64,000 nucleotides of DNA from Escherichia phage Cyrano: the sequence record OV696614; one strand, 5' to 3'. Under the pieces are notes generated by a model. It was given only the letters and a program-made list of their open reading frames with translations, did not search any database and was not told the origin of the DNA. Numbering within the stretch: the first letter of the stretch is position 1; every line of letters starts with the position of its first letter. The translations under genes were made by a program, and so were the position numbers. Below are positions 30,331 to 40,629 of this stretch, in pieces.

Positions 30331-30431
30331 TATCCAGTGGATAACTGGGATAAGTAAAACAGGCAAATGCAGATTAAGGTATGCCTAATGAGTTATCGTA
30401 GCATCGGCCAATAACTACTGAAAAAACGATT

Positions 30432-31076
30432 ATGGATCTAAAACGCACGCGCTGGGTTCGTCGTCTTGAGGACGGCTCCTACACTATCGAATCAAATTCC
30501 AACCTGAATAAGCAGAAGTTACTTTGTGATATCTGCGGTATAGCGGCGAAGTGCCCGATCTACGAAACCAGAATTAAACTTGATAAGGCTGGTGTGAACT
30601 TTCATTTGAATAGTTGTATCAGGTACGTTCCATTGCTCGCATTTCGTAAACCGATCATCGGATTGGATGCGCCCTACTTCAACACACTCCGTTCAGGAGT
30701 AACGTGGCGAGATCGTTTAACACCAGACAAACTGATTTGCCTTGTATCCGCAGATACAGGAAAAATCATTCGTTTTGGGAAAGTAGACAAGGTTTACTCA
30801 GGCCCAGTTGACGAGATGTTGCGGAAACACAGCCGGTTTAATCACCTCTGCATGGGTGGTGAGAAAATCGAGAAGGTTGAAGAAGTGATCCGCAAATCCT
30901 ACGGACACTTCCTGACCAAAGATAGCCTGCTCACTGCAATCTACATCAGACATGTAAAACGTGAGTTCGACCTTGAATACCATAGCGAAGAAGAACTGAA
31001 CCTTGTCGATCCACGTCCTAAAGCTGGCGTCATAAGCATAAATGCAGCGCGTAAAAAGCCCACTGACGCGCTGTAA
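30432..31076 (+). CDS. hypothetical protein
   Basis: 214-aa ORF. Confidence 0.45.
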   Translation: MDLKRTRWVRRLEDGSYTIESNSNLNKQKLLCDICGIAAKCPIYETRIKLDKAGVNFHLNSCIRYVPLLAFRKPIIGLDAPYFNTLRSGVTWRDRLTPDKLICLVSADTGKIIRFGKVDKVYSGPVDEMLRKHSRFNHLCMGGEKIEKVEEVIRKSYGHFLTKDSLLTAIYIRHVKREFDLEYHSEEELNLVDPRPKAGVISINAARKKPTDAL

Positions 31077-31330
31077 CCCTCCAGATCGTATATTGGCGTA
31101 GATAGAATCTACGCCCCCTCAAAATAGCTCTCATAGCGTTCTACAGTGATCCAGTCTTATTTTTAGTCATACAGACAAGCAAAGTTGCGCCACGATAAAT
31201 AGGTATATACTTACTTATAAATTTTGTATATTAAGGCGCTCGTTTCATTCCTAACATACCGTTATGCATAGTTGTTTACCTCCTCATTGCTCTTAGAATT
31301 TGTATCAAAATAACCACAAAGGAAAAACAC

Positions 31331-32416
31331 ATGACTTTGCCATACGGCGTCATTTCTGACTGCCACTACCACAAATGGGATGCGTTCTCCACGACGAACG
31401 CTGAGGGGCTTAACTCCAGACTTGAAATACAGTTGGAAGCAACGAAAGAAGCAGCCATCGCCATGAAGAAGGCCGGTTGTAAGTACATGTTGGTTGCCGG
31501 TGATACATTTCACGTCCGAGGAACTGTGTCCCCTTCTGTTTTGCATTACGTAACTGAAACGTACAAGTGGATTATCAACGAGCTTGATCTGACAGTAGTA
31601 ATGCTGGCCGGTAATCACGATCTTGAAACCAACGATTCAGTATATAGCGCCAACGCAGCAGCATCGCTGAGTTCTATCGGCGTGGTAATCGTATGTGGCA
31701 AGCGCCCACACTCAATAAAAATTGGTGATGTGACTGTCCACCTGATTAGCTGGCGTAACAATCATGCGGAGCTTATCAGCGATCTGAAAGCATTACGTAA
31801 GAGCGTAGAAGGTGATAATCATGACGTTGTTATCCATACATCCATTAACAAAGCCATTCCAACAATGCCTGACGTCGGTATCGATGCGCAGGAGTTAAAG
31901 GATATCGGCTTTCGTCTCGTGCTTAGTGGGCATTACCACAACCACAAAGAGGTCATTCCTGGAGTTATCAGTGTCGGTGCACTGACTCATCAAAATTGGG
32001 GAGATGTTGGATCTCTGGCTGGCTACATGATCGTAAACCCGGACGGCAGTTTCAGTCACTACGAAACCAGTGCGCCTAAATTCATTAACCTGGAAGATGA
32101 TGTTGCTGATGACCAAATTCGCGGCAACTACGTGCGTTTCCGCGCCGTAATTGAGAACGATGAAGAAGGCATTAAGTACCAGAACATCCTCAAAACAATG
32201 GGTGCAAAAGGTGTCGTGTGCAACTTCATCCGTAAGTCATCAATGATGGAAGGGACAGCCAGCACAACTGAAACCAGCAAAATCGATAGCCTGGGAGAGT
32301 CGGTATCTGCTTATTGCAAGATTGTCCACGATACTGACGGCGGATTTGATCTGAGCAAATTGGATATTTTGTGTCAGGAAATCCTCACCGAAGCGGAGAG
32401 TTCGGAGGCTGTGTGA
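31331..32416 (+). CDS. SbcD/Mre11-family nuclease
   Basis: 361 aa; phosphoesterase motifs GVISDCHYH, LVAGDTFH, LAGNHD, SGHYHNH. Confidence 0.8.
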   Translation: MTLPYGVISDCHYHKWDAFSTTNAEGLNSRLEIQLEATKEAAIAMKKAGCKYMLVAGDTFHVRGTVSPSVLHYVTETYKWIINELDLTVVMLAGNHDLETNDSVYSANAAASLSSIGVVIVCGKRPHSIKIGDVTVHLISWRNNHAELISDLKALRKSVEGDNHDVVIHTSINKAIPTMPDVGIDAQELKDIGFRLVLSGHYHNHKEVIPGVISVGALTHQNWGDVGSLAGYMIVNPDGSFSHYETSAPKFINLEDDVADDQIRGNYVRFRAVIENDEEGIKYQNILKTMGAKGVVCNFIRKSSMMEGTASTTETSKIDSLGESVSAYCKIVHDTDGGFDLSKLDILCQEILTEAESSEAV

Positions 32417-32649
32417 AGCAAAGTCGTTATGGGAGCTTTCGAGACTTTGCCATCACGATGAAAAGACTTGAACGAGGCCAGACGGTGATGTTTCACAAGC
32501 CCTACCCGCCACAAGGAAATCCCGTAGCGTTTTATCTTGGAAGGTTAACAAGAAAAGGCGTATTGAGGCGCAGATCCTTCCCGGCGCATACGGAGTTCAG
32601 ATTGAAAGAAGGTCAAAAGCTAACACACGGTATCAAAGGTGTTATATGA
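32413..32649 (+). CDS. small hypothetical protein between sbcD and sbcC
   Basis: GTG start overlapping the sbcD stop; basic 78-aa product; weak support. Confidence 0.3.
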   Translation: MKQSRYGSFRDFAITMKRLERGQTVMFHKPYPPQGNPVAFYLGRLTRKGVLRRRSFPAHTEFRLKEGQKLTHGIKGVI

Positions 32650-34562
32650 AGTTTTTAAAGCTCCAGGTTGAGAATTTTATGGCTATCGCCAGCGCAGAGG
32701 TCGAGTTAGATCAGCGTGGTTTAGTGCTTATTCAGGGTGTTAATAGTGATGATAGTTCCGCATCAAGTAATGGCTCTGGAAAGTCAACTCTAATGAATAG
32801 CCTGATGTGGTGTCTTTATGGCGAAACAGCTCATGGTGTGAAGGGTGAAGATGTGTTGTCTACCGACCATGAAAAGAACTGTCGTGTTGCAGTAACCATC
32901 GAGGATGAAGGCAAGAGATACGCAATCATTCGTCACCGTAAACACAAAGAGTTCAAAAATCGTCTTATCGTTCGTGGTGAAGATGGCGATATGACGAAAG
33001 GCAAAGATGCGCTGACGCAGGAGTTCGTCGAGCGTCTGATCGGTGCATCTAAAGAGGTTTTCATGGCTTCCATCTATGCGAGCCAAGAAGCTATGCCAGA
33101 TTTACCTGGAATGTCCGACAAAAACCTCAAAACCATCGTAGAAGAAGCCGCTGGCGTTGACAGACTGACACGCGCCTACGCTATTGCTCGTGAGCGAGCT
33201 AATGCAGCTGCCGCACGTATGGATGTGGTTAAAACCAAATTGGAGTCGACAATCTCGACCATTGAGGCAACACAGTCAGAAATTGAGTCAGCGAAAGCCT
33301 CCTCTGAATCATGGGAGCAAGAGCGTTCTAAACGTTATGACGATGCCCTGGCTGGGCTGGCCAGTGCCGAAGTTGAGTTAACGGAAGTTGAACTTGAGAT
33401 CCGCACTCTTCCCGAACAGATACGTGATACCGAGAAGGCAATCGAAAGTGAGCGCAAAAAGTTAGCCTCAAAAGAAGAACATGACGCCAAGTTGCTCAAA
33501 GTTCGTGGTGCGATAACTGATATTCGGGCAAGCATCAAAGCTACAGAAAATAGTCAGGCTGATGCAATGAACCGCGCGCGTAATTTTAAGACCAAAGCAG
33601 AAGAGGTTGGTACTAAAGTGGGATCACCATGCCCTACTTGTGGCAAAGCCTACTGCGAAGAAGATCTATCAACGGTGAAGGAGAGTTTCATTGAACAAGC
33701 ACGTCAGGAAATTGGTCAGGCGAAGACACTTGCAGAGGCAATGGCTAAACACAAAACGAATCTTGAGAAAGCGTTAAGCATTGAGTCTGCCCTTGTTAAA
33801 ACGACACCTGATGTAACGGCTATCATTGCCCGGATTGAAGAGCTTACGAAACAACTCTCATCTTTGCGTCATCGTGAGAAGGAGGTTGTTGCTATTGAGT
33901 CTCTTGTGACTCGTGCTCGTACTGAGGTCGATCGTATATCAAAAGAGATTAATCCGTTTATTGCTCTTATCGCCAGACACGAAGATAACTTGGTATCCAG
34001 TAAGTCTACCTTCAAGTCCTTAAAAGATGAGTTGAAGGCTATTCAGGAACAAACGTTGCTATTGGAAAAAGCTCGTCAGGTCTACTCTCCTGCCGGGGTG
34101 CGTTCTCATATTTTGACGTCTGTTACGCCTTTCCTGAATACACGCACTGCCGAGTATCTCAATACGTTGTCTGACGGGAATATTACTGCTGAGTGGTCGA
34201 CGATGGATGTCACTAAAAAAGGTGAGTATCGCGACAAATTCAACATTAGTGTGCAGAAGAAAGGTTCAAGTAAGTCGTTCCAGACCCTCTCTGGTGGTGA
34301 GAAGCGGAAGGTTCGCATTGCGTGTTCTTTGGCATTGCAGGATCTGGTTAGTAACCGGGCGAGTAAAAACATCGATTTGTTTATCGGCGACGAAATTGAC
34401 GATGCACTCGATACAGCCGGTCTTGAACGCCTCATGGGTATTCTGGAGTCCAAAGCTCGCGAGCGAGGTACTGTGCTGATTATCTCCCATAAAGAGATGA
34501 AGTCATGGTTCCGGGAAACTATTACGCTGGAAGTTAAAGAGGGGCGCAGCTATGTCGTTTAA
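32646..34562 (+). CDS. SbcC/Rad50-family ATPase
   Basis: 638 aa; Walker A GVNSDDSSASSNGSGKST, coiled-coil middle with CPTCGK zinc hook, signature SGGEKRKV, Walker B LFIGDEIDDALD. Confidence 0.8.
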   Translation: MKFLKLQVENFMAIASAEVELDQRGLVLIQGVNSDDSSASSNGSGKSTLMNSLMWCLYGETAHGVKGEDVLSTDHEKNCRVAVTIEDEGKRYAIIRHRKHKEFKNRLIVRGEDGDMTKGKDALTQEFVERLIGASKEVFMASIYASQEAMPDLPGMSDKNLKTIVEEAAGVDRLTRAYAIARERANAAAARMDVVKTKLESTISTIEATQSEIESAKASSESWEQERSKRYDDALAGLASAEVELTEVELEIRTLPEQIRDTEKAIESERKKLASKEEHDAKLLKVRGAITDIRASIKATENSQADAMNRARNFKTKAEEVGTKVGSPCPTCGKAYCEEDLSTVKESFIEQARQEIGQAKTLAEAMAKHKTNLEKALSIESALVKTTPDVTAIIARIEELTKQLSSLRHREKEVVAIESLVTRARTEVDRISKEINPFIALIARHEDNLVSSKSTFKSLKDELKAIQEQTLLLEKARQVYSPAGVRSHILTSVTPFLNTRTAEYLNTLSDGNITAEWSTMDVTKKGEYRDKFNISVQKKGSSKSFQTLSGGEKRKVRIACSLALQDLVSNRASKNIDLFIGDEIDDALDTAGLERLMGILESKARERGTVLIISHKEMKSWFRETITLEVKEGRSYVV

Positions 34563-35295
34563 ATTAAGCCGCTCGCAGTTTTTGCAGGTATTTGCAGTGA
34601 TGCAGTCGATAAAACTGATCAATGGGCATACTTCCAATGGTGCGGCTCCACGTATTCTGTGGGGCAGCAACAATATTGACGGAGTACAATTCGCCGCGTT
34701 GCTTGGTCTAATATCCGAGACGCCATTGATGCAAAGTTTGAAATCACTACCACCTGGATGTATTGCGCCGATCCTGATTAATCCTTTTGTTGAGGGGGGA
34801 TATCTTCCCAACGTCGGGCCTGGGTTTATTGCATCCCATGAAACTGAAGATCTTAACATTAATAGCGAAGGGTTCTTTGGGGGAATGGGTGCGCATCACT
34901 GTATGGCTTTCACGAACCTTATTCGACTTGCCAATAAGCGGGTGGATAGTTTGGCATCGCCAGGTGATGCTTTTACTGGTTTCCTTATCCAAAGGAGGGA
35001 TAAAAAGTACAGTGCGGACAAACTACAGTTTGTTGGTAAGTATGGAGAAATGGTAGAAATCGAACTTCAGCTCCCTCATGTTTTAGCAAACGATAGTGCA
35101 GACAGTCGGAGGCTATTGGGCATCATGCGTCATTTCATAGCAAGTGGTGTTAAACATGCCGCAGATAAACGTGTCACGCAGGAAAATGAGTATTCAGACT
35201 TTGCAAACTATCCCCAACCAACGTTGCAAACGGCAATAGTAGCCAATTCGTTGGAGGCGAGATTATTGGAAAACCCTATATGGGGAACATGGTAA
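34552..35295 (+). CDS. hypothetical protein (possible sliding-clamp-like)
   Basis: 247 aa; N-terminus loosely resembles T4 gp45; size fits a clamp; weak. Confidence 0.3.
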   Translation: MSFKLSRSQFLQVFAVMQSIKLINGHTSNGAAPRILWGSNNIDGVQFAALLGLISETPLMQSLKSLPPGCIAPILINPFVEGGYLPNVGPGFIASHETEDLNINSEGFFGGMGAHHCMAFTNLIRLANKRVDSLASPGDAFTGFLIQRRDKKYSADKLQFVGKYGEMVEIELQLPHVLANDSADSRRLLGIMRHFIASGVKHAADKRVTQENEYSDFANYPQPTLQTAIVANSLEARLLENPIWGTW

Positions 35296-35304
35296 GGAGA
35301 CTAT

Positions 35305-35874
35305 ATGAGTAAAAAAATCAGCGTAGTTGGTGTTGATCCCTCAATGAGCAACTTTGGGCTTGCTGTGGGCACTTTAGACCTTGAGACGGACGAACTTGAG
35401 ATTCACGGCCTTACTCTTGTTGAGACTAAAGCGGGGAGTAACAAAAAGACCGTTCGTGTGAACAGTGACGATCTGCGCCGCGCCAGTGAAATATGGCGTG
35501 TTGCGAAGCCAATCATTGATAAGGCAAATATGGTTTTTTGTGAGCTACCGGTTGGGAGCCAAAACTCTCGTTCGCAGACGTCTTACGGTATTTGTATCGG
35601 TGTACTTGCGTGTGTGGATAAGCCATTGATCCAGGTTACTCCAAACGAAATCAAGCATTTTGTCGGCAATAAACTTACTACATCGAAAGAAGAGATTATC
35701 CAGTGGGCTACGAAAAAACACCCTAAAGCACCGTGGCTGCGTCGTAAGCAATCTGGACAGGATGTTCTCGTGAACAAAAACGAACATTTGGCTGATGCGG
35801 TGGCTGCCATCCATACCGGTATGCAAACAGATCAGTTCCGCCAGGTGCGCGATGTTCTTAAGTCTCTCATTTGA
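35305..35874 (+). CDS. RuvC-like Holliday junction resolvase
   Basis: 189 aa; ISVVGVDPSMSNFGLAVG N-terminus and HLADAVAAIHTG C-terminal motif, both RuvC-like. Confidence 0.55.
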   Translation: MSKKISVVGVDPSMSNFGLAVGTLDLETDELEIHGLTLVETKAGSNKKTVRVNSDDLRRASEIWRVAKPIIDKANMVFCELPVGSQNSRSQTSYGICIGVLACVDKPLIQVTPNEIKHFVGNKLTTSKEEIIQWATKKHPKAPWLRRKQSGQDVLVNKNEHLADAVAAIHTGMQTDQFRQVRDVLKSLI

Positions 35875-35881
35875 TTTCATT

Positions 35882-35902
35882 GATAGGTAAGTGCTTATCT
35901 AT
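35882..35902. repeat. Intergenic palindrome family
   Basis: gataggtaagtgcttatctat just after the stop at 35874. Confidence 0.4.
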
Positions 35903-35947
35903 TAACATGGGCCACTATATTTAGTGGCCCTCTTTATTTGGTGATAC

Positions 35948-38263
35948 ATGATAAGCATCGTAAAACGTAACGGCCAAACAGAGCCGTTATCCGAAGAAAA
36001 ATACAACCGCGTCGTAATGTATGGCGTAGAAGGCATTCGTGGTGTAAGCGCATCCGCTGTAGCAATGGGAGCTGCGGCCAGCATTTTTGATGGGATTACC
36101 ACCAGCCAGTTGCATGAGGCTTTGGTTAAATCTGCCGCTGATTTGATCTCACCAGAAGCACCAAATTACTCACAGGTGGCTGCCCGCCTGAACATTTTTA
36201 AAATCCGCAAAGATGCCTTCGGTCGTTACGACTATCCGAACTTCTACCAACACATTGTCAAGAACGTTAACAAGGGCGTTTATGACAAGGATTTGCTGAC
36301 ACATTATTCGTTTGAAGAGATCGAAGAACTCGGCAATTACATTAAGCCGAAACGTGACGATCTTTTTGGCTATGCAGCTACGGTGCAGTTGCAAAGCAAA
36401 TACCTCGTTCAAAACCGTGTTACTGGTGAGATTCATGAGGGGCCGCAACATATCTATATGCTGGTAGGCATGTGTCTGTTCCAGAATTGGGAAGACGACT
36501 GCGCTGGCAAAACACGTATGGAGATGGTCAAAGGTTTCTATGACGTTACAAGTACGTTCAAACTGTCTCTGCCCACACCAATCATGGCCGGCGTCCGTAC
36601 TCCAACCCGTCAGTTCTCCAGTTGTGTGCTGATTGAGTCTGGCGATAGTCTGAAAGGGATTAGTGCAGCTTCAGCCGCAATTATCGACTACGTTTCACGT
36701 CGTGCTGGAATTGGTATTGGTTTTGGCCGTATCCGTGCGCTGGGCAGCGAGATCCGCAATGGTGAAGCCACCCATACTGGAGTTATTCCATTCCTGAAGC
36801 ATTTCCAGACGGCTGTTAAATCTTGTTCGCAAGGTGGTGTTCGTGGTGGCGCAGCAACAGCGTTTTACCCGATCTGGCATCTTGAAGTTGAAAGTCTGCT
36901 GGTGGTGAAAAATAACCGTGGTATTGATGAAAACCGCGTTCGCCATCTTGATTACGGCGTCATGAGTAACCGTCTAATGTACCGTCGACTCGTCAGAAGC
37001 GAGAACATCACTCTGTTCAGCCCGCATGATGTGCCTGATATGTACGAAGCCTTCTTCACAGACCAGGAGCTGTTTGAAAAGCTGTACCATAAATACGAAG
37101 CCGATGATTCAATTCGCAAGAAGTCAGTACCTGCCATTGAGCTGTTCTCATCTCTGATGCAGGAACGAGCGTCCACGGGCCGAATTTATATTGCGAACGT
37201 CGATCATATTAACGAGCATGGCGCTTTCATTCCCGCTCTTGCACCTGTTCGCCAGTCAAACCTGTGCATGGAGATCACTCTACCCACTCGTCCACTGGCA
37301 TTTACCGACGACCCGAACGGTGAGATCGCGCTATGCACTTTATCCGCTTTTAACCTCGGAGCCATCCGTTCACTGGAGTCTCTTAAAGAGGTGGCGTTCT
37401 ATGCCGTTGCTGCACTGGATTCGTTACTGGATTATCAAGACTATCCGATGGAGGCAGCCGAAGTGCCTGCCAAAGCTCGTCGTAGCTTGGGAATTGGTGT
37501 AACCAACTTTGCTTATTACCTGGCAAAGAATGGCGTTCGTTATTCTGATACCGCTGGCAATAAACTGGTGCATGAAACGTTCGAAGCTATCCAGTATTAC
37601 CTTCTTGATGCCAGCTGCCGACTTGCTGAAGCAAAAGGTGAGTGTGACTGGTTTGAGCAGACCAAGTACGCAATTGGTCAGTTGCCGATCGACCATTACC
37701 GTTCTTCATTAGACGAAAGTGGCGAAACCAACTTTGAGTTAAAGATGCCGTGGGAAGAACTGCGTGAACGTATTGCAAAATACGGCCTTCGCAACTCCAC
37801 ACTGACGGCACAAATGCCATGCGAGACTTCCAGCCAGATCACTAATTCCACCAACGGCATCGAACCGCCTCGTGGACCGGTGTCGGTGAAATCTTCTAAG
37901 GACGGCATCGTTAAGATGGTCGTGCCTGAGTTTGAAAAACTGAAGGAACAGTATGAATACCTGTGGGATATGCCGGACAACCGCGGCTATCTGACAAAGG
38001 TGGCGATCATCCAGAAGTTCTTTGACCAGGCTATTTCAGCCAATACCAACTATGACCCTTCTCGCTTTGAAGGCGATAAAGTCCCAATGATGACGCTACT
38101 GTCAGATTTGCTTCTCGCCTACAAGATGGGAGTTAAAACGCTTTACTACCACAACACCAGAGATGGGGCAGGAAAGCGTGATGACGACGAACCGCAGAAT
38201 CCACTGACGCAAGCTGTAGCCGTCGAGCCAGAAGATGAGTGCGACGGAGCCTGCAAAATCTGA
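35948..38263 (+). CDS. nrdA: Ribonucleoside-diphosphate reductase alpha subunit (class Ia)
   Basis: 771 aa; active-site block SNLCMEITLPT, C-terminal Cys pair ECDGAC; overall enterobacterial NrdA-like. Confidence 0.9.
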   Translation: MISIVKRNGQTEPLSEEKYNRVVMYGVEGIRGVSASAVAMGAAASIFDGITTSQLHEALVKSAADLISPEAPNYSQVAARLNIFKIRKDAFGRYDYPNFYQHIVKNVNKGVYDKDLLTHYSFEEIEELGNYIKPKRDDLFGYAATVQLQSKYLVQNRVTGEIHEGPQHIYMLVGMCLFQNWEDDCAGKTRMEMVKGFYDVTSTFKLSLPTPIMAGVRTPTRQFSSCVLIESGDSLKGISAASAAIIDYVSRRAGIGIGFGRIRALGSEIRNGEATHTGVIPFLKHFQTAVKSCSQGGVRGGAATAFYPIWHLEVESLLVVKNNRGIDENRVRHLDYGVMSNRLMYRRLVRSENITLFSPHDVPDMYEAFFTDQELFEKLYHKYEADDSIRKKSVPAIELFSSLMQERASTGRIYIANVDHINEHGAFIPALAPVRQSNLCMEITLPTRPLAFTDDPNGEIALCTLSAFNLGAIRSLESLKEVAFYAVAALDSLLDYQDYPMEAAEVPAKARRSLGIGVTNFAYYLAKNGVRYSDTAGNKLVHETFEAIQYYLLDASCRLAEAKGECDWFEQTKYAIGQLPIDHYRSSLDESGETNFELKMPWEELRERIAKYGLRNSTLTAQMPCETSSQITNSTNGIEPPRGPVSVKSSKDGIVKMVVPEFEKLKEQYEYLWDMPDNRGYLTKVAIIQKFFDQAISANTNYDPSRFEGDKVPMMTLLSDLLLAYKMGVKTLYYHNTRDGAGKRDDDEPQNPLTQAVAVEPEDECDGACKI

Positions 38264-38324
38264 CATATGGTGGGGGATATCCCCACCTTCTCTTTGATTT
38301 GTAAGCCTTGTTTAAACACATAAG

Positions 38325-38340
38325 ATAACAACTTGTTTAA
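38325..38340. promoter_or_regulatory. Palindromic motif AAACAA-N-TTGTTT
   Basis: ataacaacttgtttaa about 30 nt upstream of the nrdB start. Confidence 0.4.
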
Positions 38341-38369
38341 ACCCACCAAAAAAGAAAAAGGAAAAACAC

Positions 38370-39512
38370 ATGTCATATTCAACGTTCCGTTTGGGTGCTA
38401 ATGATGCAACCAAAGAGCCTATGTTCCTCGGACAATCTGTCAACGTGGCACGTTACGATCAGCAAAAATACCGTGATTTTGAAAAGTTGATTGAACGTCA
38501 ATTGTCTTTCTTCTGGCGGCCGGAAGAAGTTGATATTTCGAGCGATCGTATCGACTTCAACACGAAGCTGCGGGACCACGAACGTCACATTTTTCTGAGC
38601 AATCTCCGTTATCAAACGTTACTCGATTCAGTTCAGGGACGTAGCCCAAATGCAACGCTGCTGCCGCTTATCTCTATTCCTGAACTGGAAACGTGGGTTG
38701 AAACATGGTCTTTCTCTGAGACTATCCATAGCCGCAGCTACACCCACATTATTCGTGGCATGGTGGACGATCCGAGCATTGTTTTTGACGGTATTGTTAC
38801 GGATGAAGAAATCATCAACCGAGCGATCAGTATCTCTGCTGAATATGACAGGCTTTATGGGATGACCTGCGAGCGCCAGTCGTTAGGTGAGAAAGAGTTT
38901 GAACGTCTGTACGTAAATGAATATGGCTGGGAGCCATACCCTTTGCATCGTCAGCTTTTCCGCACGTTGGTGTCCATTAATGCGCTTGAGGCGATCCGTT
39001 TCTATGTAAGTTTTGCATGTACGTTTGCCTTTGGCGAACGGAAGTTGCTTGAGGGTAACACCAAAATTATGCGCTTTATTGCCCGTGATGAAGCTCTGCA
39101 TTGCGAAGGAACTGAACGCATGATCCGCTTCATGCGTACCGGTCGCGAAGGTTTATTGTGGAAAGAGATTGCTGCTGATGAAGAAAACGTCATTTACGAC
39201 ACCATGAAATCAGTCGCCGAACAAGAAATGAACTGGGCAGACTATCTCTTCAAAGACGGTTCGATGATTGGTTTAAACGCGGATATTCTGAAGACCTATG
39301 TAAAATACCGAACCAATCTGGCTATGAATCGTCTTGGCCTGAAGGCTTTATTTCCAGAGGTTACCACCGATCCGCTGGTCTGGATGAACAAGTGGTTGTT
39401 AACCGACACACTGCAAATTGCACCACAAGAGGCAGAGCAAAGCACATATCTGGTAGGTCAGATCGATTCTACCGTGGATAAGGCTTCTCTAAGCCAGTTT
39501 GCTGACCTGTAA
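38370..39512 (+). CDS. nrdB: Ribonucleoside-diphosphate reductase beta subunit
   Basis: 380 aa; blocks [51 protein letters not shown] match my recollection of E. coli NrdB. Confidence 0.85.
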   Translation: MSYSTFRLGANDATKEPMFLGQSVNVARYDQQKYRDFEKLIERQLSFFWRPEEVDISSDRIDFNTKLRDHERHIFLSNLRYQTLLDSVQGRSPNATLLPLISIPELETWVETWSFSETIHSRSYTHIIRGMVDDPSIVFDGIVTDEEIINRAISISAEYDRLYGMTCERQSLGEKEFERLYVNEYGWEPYPLHRQLFRTLVSINALEAIRFYVSFACTFAFGERKLLEGNTKIMRFIARDEALHCEGTERMIRFMRTGREGLLWKEIAADEENVIYDTMKSVAEQEMNWADYLFKDGSMIGLNADILKTYVKYRTNLAMNRLGLKALFPEVTTDPLVWMNKWLLTDTLQIAPQEAEQSTYLVGQIDSTVDKASLSQFADL

Positions 39513-39589
39513 ACCGATACAAAGCATTATGTGGCCTGGCAACGCTGGGCCACAATGGATCACAAGAATTAAGAAGGAACAAAACTAGC

Positions 39590-40459
39590 ATGAACTTTAC
39601 CAAACTGACTGACCACCTGAAACTTGCCACCGATCGACTCATTGGATTTAAGCCAGAACCATATGAGTTGCATGAAGGTCATGGTGTAGCTACTGAAAGT
39701 ATTTACAAGATGGTCGATCAGTTTCATGAACTCTTCCAGCATCCGAGACGCGTTATGCCGACACCAGAGCTGCTTCGTCTCCGTGCAAGCCTGATTCATG
39801 AAGAAGCTGTAGTGGAAGGTATTCCAGCTGCAATGAATGGGGATATTGAGCAACTGCTGGATGCAATGGCCGACTTTTTATACGTTGGTGTTGGTACGAT
39901 GGTCGCCATCAAAGGTGGTATTTCTACCGGCATGACCTATTACACGCAGGAACAGAGCATTGATCGCTTTATGCAGACAATTTTTGTGCCTGGTAACACT
40001 GTTTTCGATGATATGGCAATGCCATTTCAGGAAGCTCGTGAGGCGTCATGTATGCTCGAAGAGCTGGCAGATAAACTTGAGAACAAGACTGTTAAGGATT
40101 CTGAGCTGATTCAGGAACTGCGCCGTGTCATGAACAAAATCTATGTGGCGTGCATGATGACCTATCGACTGGCTGATTTCCTCGGTATCAATGTAGTCGA
40201 GCTGGTTGGCGAAATTCATCGGTCTAACATGACAAAATTATGGCCTGCTGATGTTGAGGAACGTCGCCAGGCTGTGGCCAACTGCAAATACGACTCTTCA
40301 GATCTGGGATTCCGCCATGCTGATGGCACCGATAAGATGATCGGTTTTCGAATTTCCGATGGAAAGATTCTGAAGTCTCCAACCTATAGTGATGTCGATT
40401 TATCCTCCTTTGTTGAGCAAGCTAAAGCCTCAGCAATGTACGGAATGATCAAAAAATAA
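39590..40459 (+). CDS. hypothetical protein, possibly MazG-like NTP pyrophosphohydrolase
   Basis: 289 aa; acidic helical motif LIHEEAVVEGIPAAMNGDIEQLLDAMADFLYV resembles the MazG EExxE..D pattern; tentative. Confidence 0.4.
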   Translation: MNFTKLTDHLKLATDRLIGFKPEPYELHEGHGVATESIYKMVDQFHELFQHPRRVMPTPELLRLRASLIHEEAVVEGIPAAMNGDIEQLLDAMADFLYVGVGTMVAIKGGISTGMTYYTQEQSIDRFMQTIFVPGNTVFDDMAMPFQEAREASCMLEELADKLENKTVKDSELIQELRRVMNKIYVACMMTYRLADFLGINVVELVGEIHRSNMTKLWPADVEERRQAVANCKYDSSDLGFRHADGTDKMIGFRISDGKILKSPTYSDVDLSSFVEQAKASAMYGMIKK

Positions 40460-40629
40460 TTGTAGGTAGTTATCTATCTGTGTATATTTAACATGCGTAA
40501 TAAAACTCTGGAATGACTATTCGTTTTGGTGGCCTATGGCCACCATTTTTTTATCTGTCTGGTCTTGTTCTCTCAATGAATGTAAACTCACACGATGAAT
40601 AAGTAATTACTTATCTTTGTGAGGTTTTT

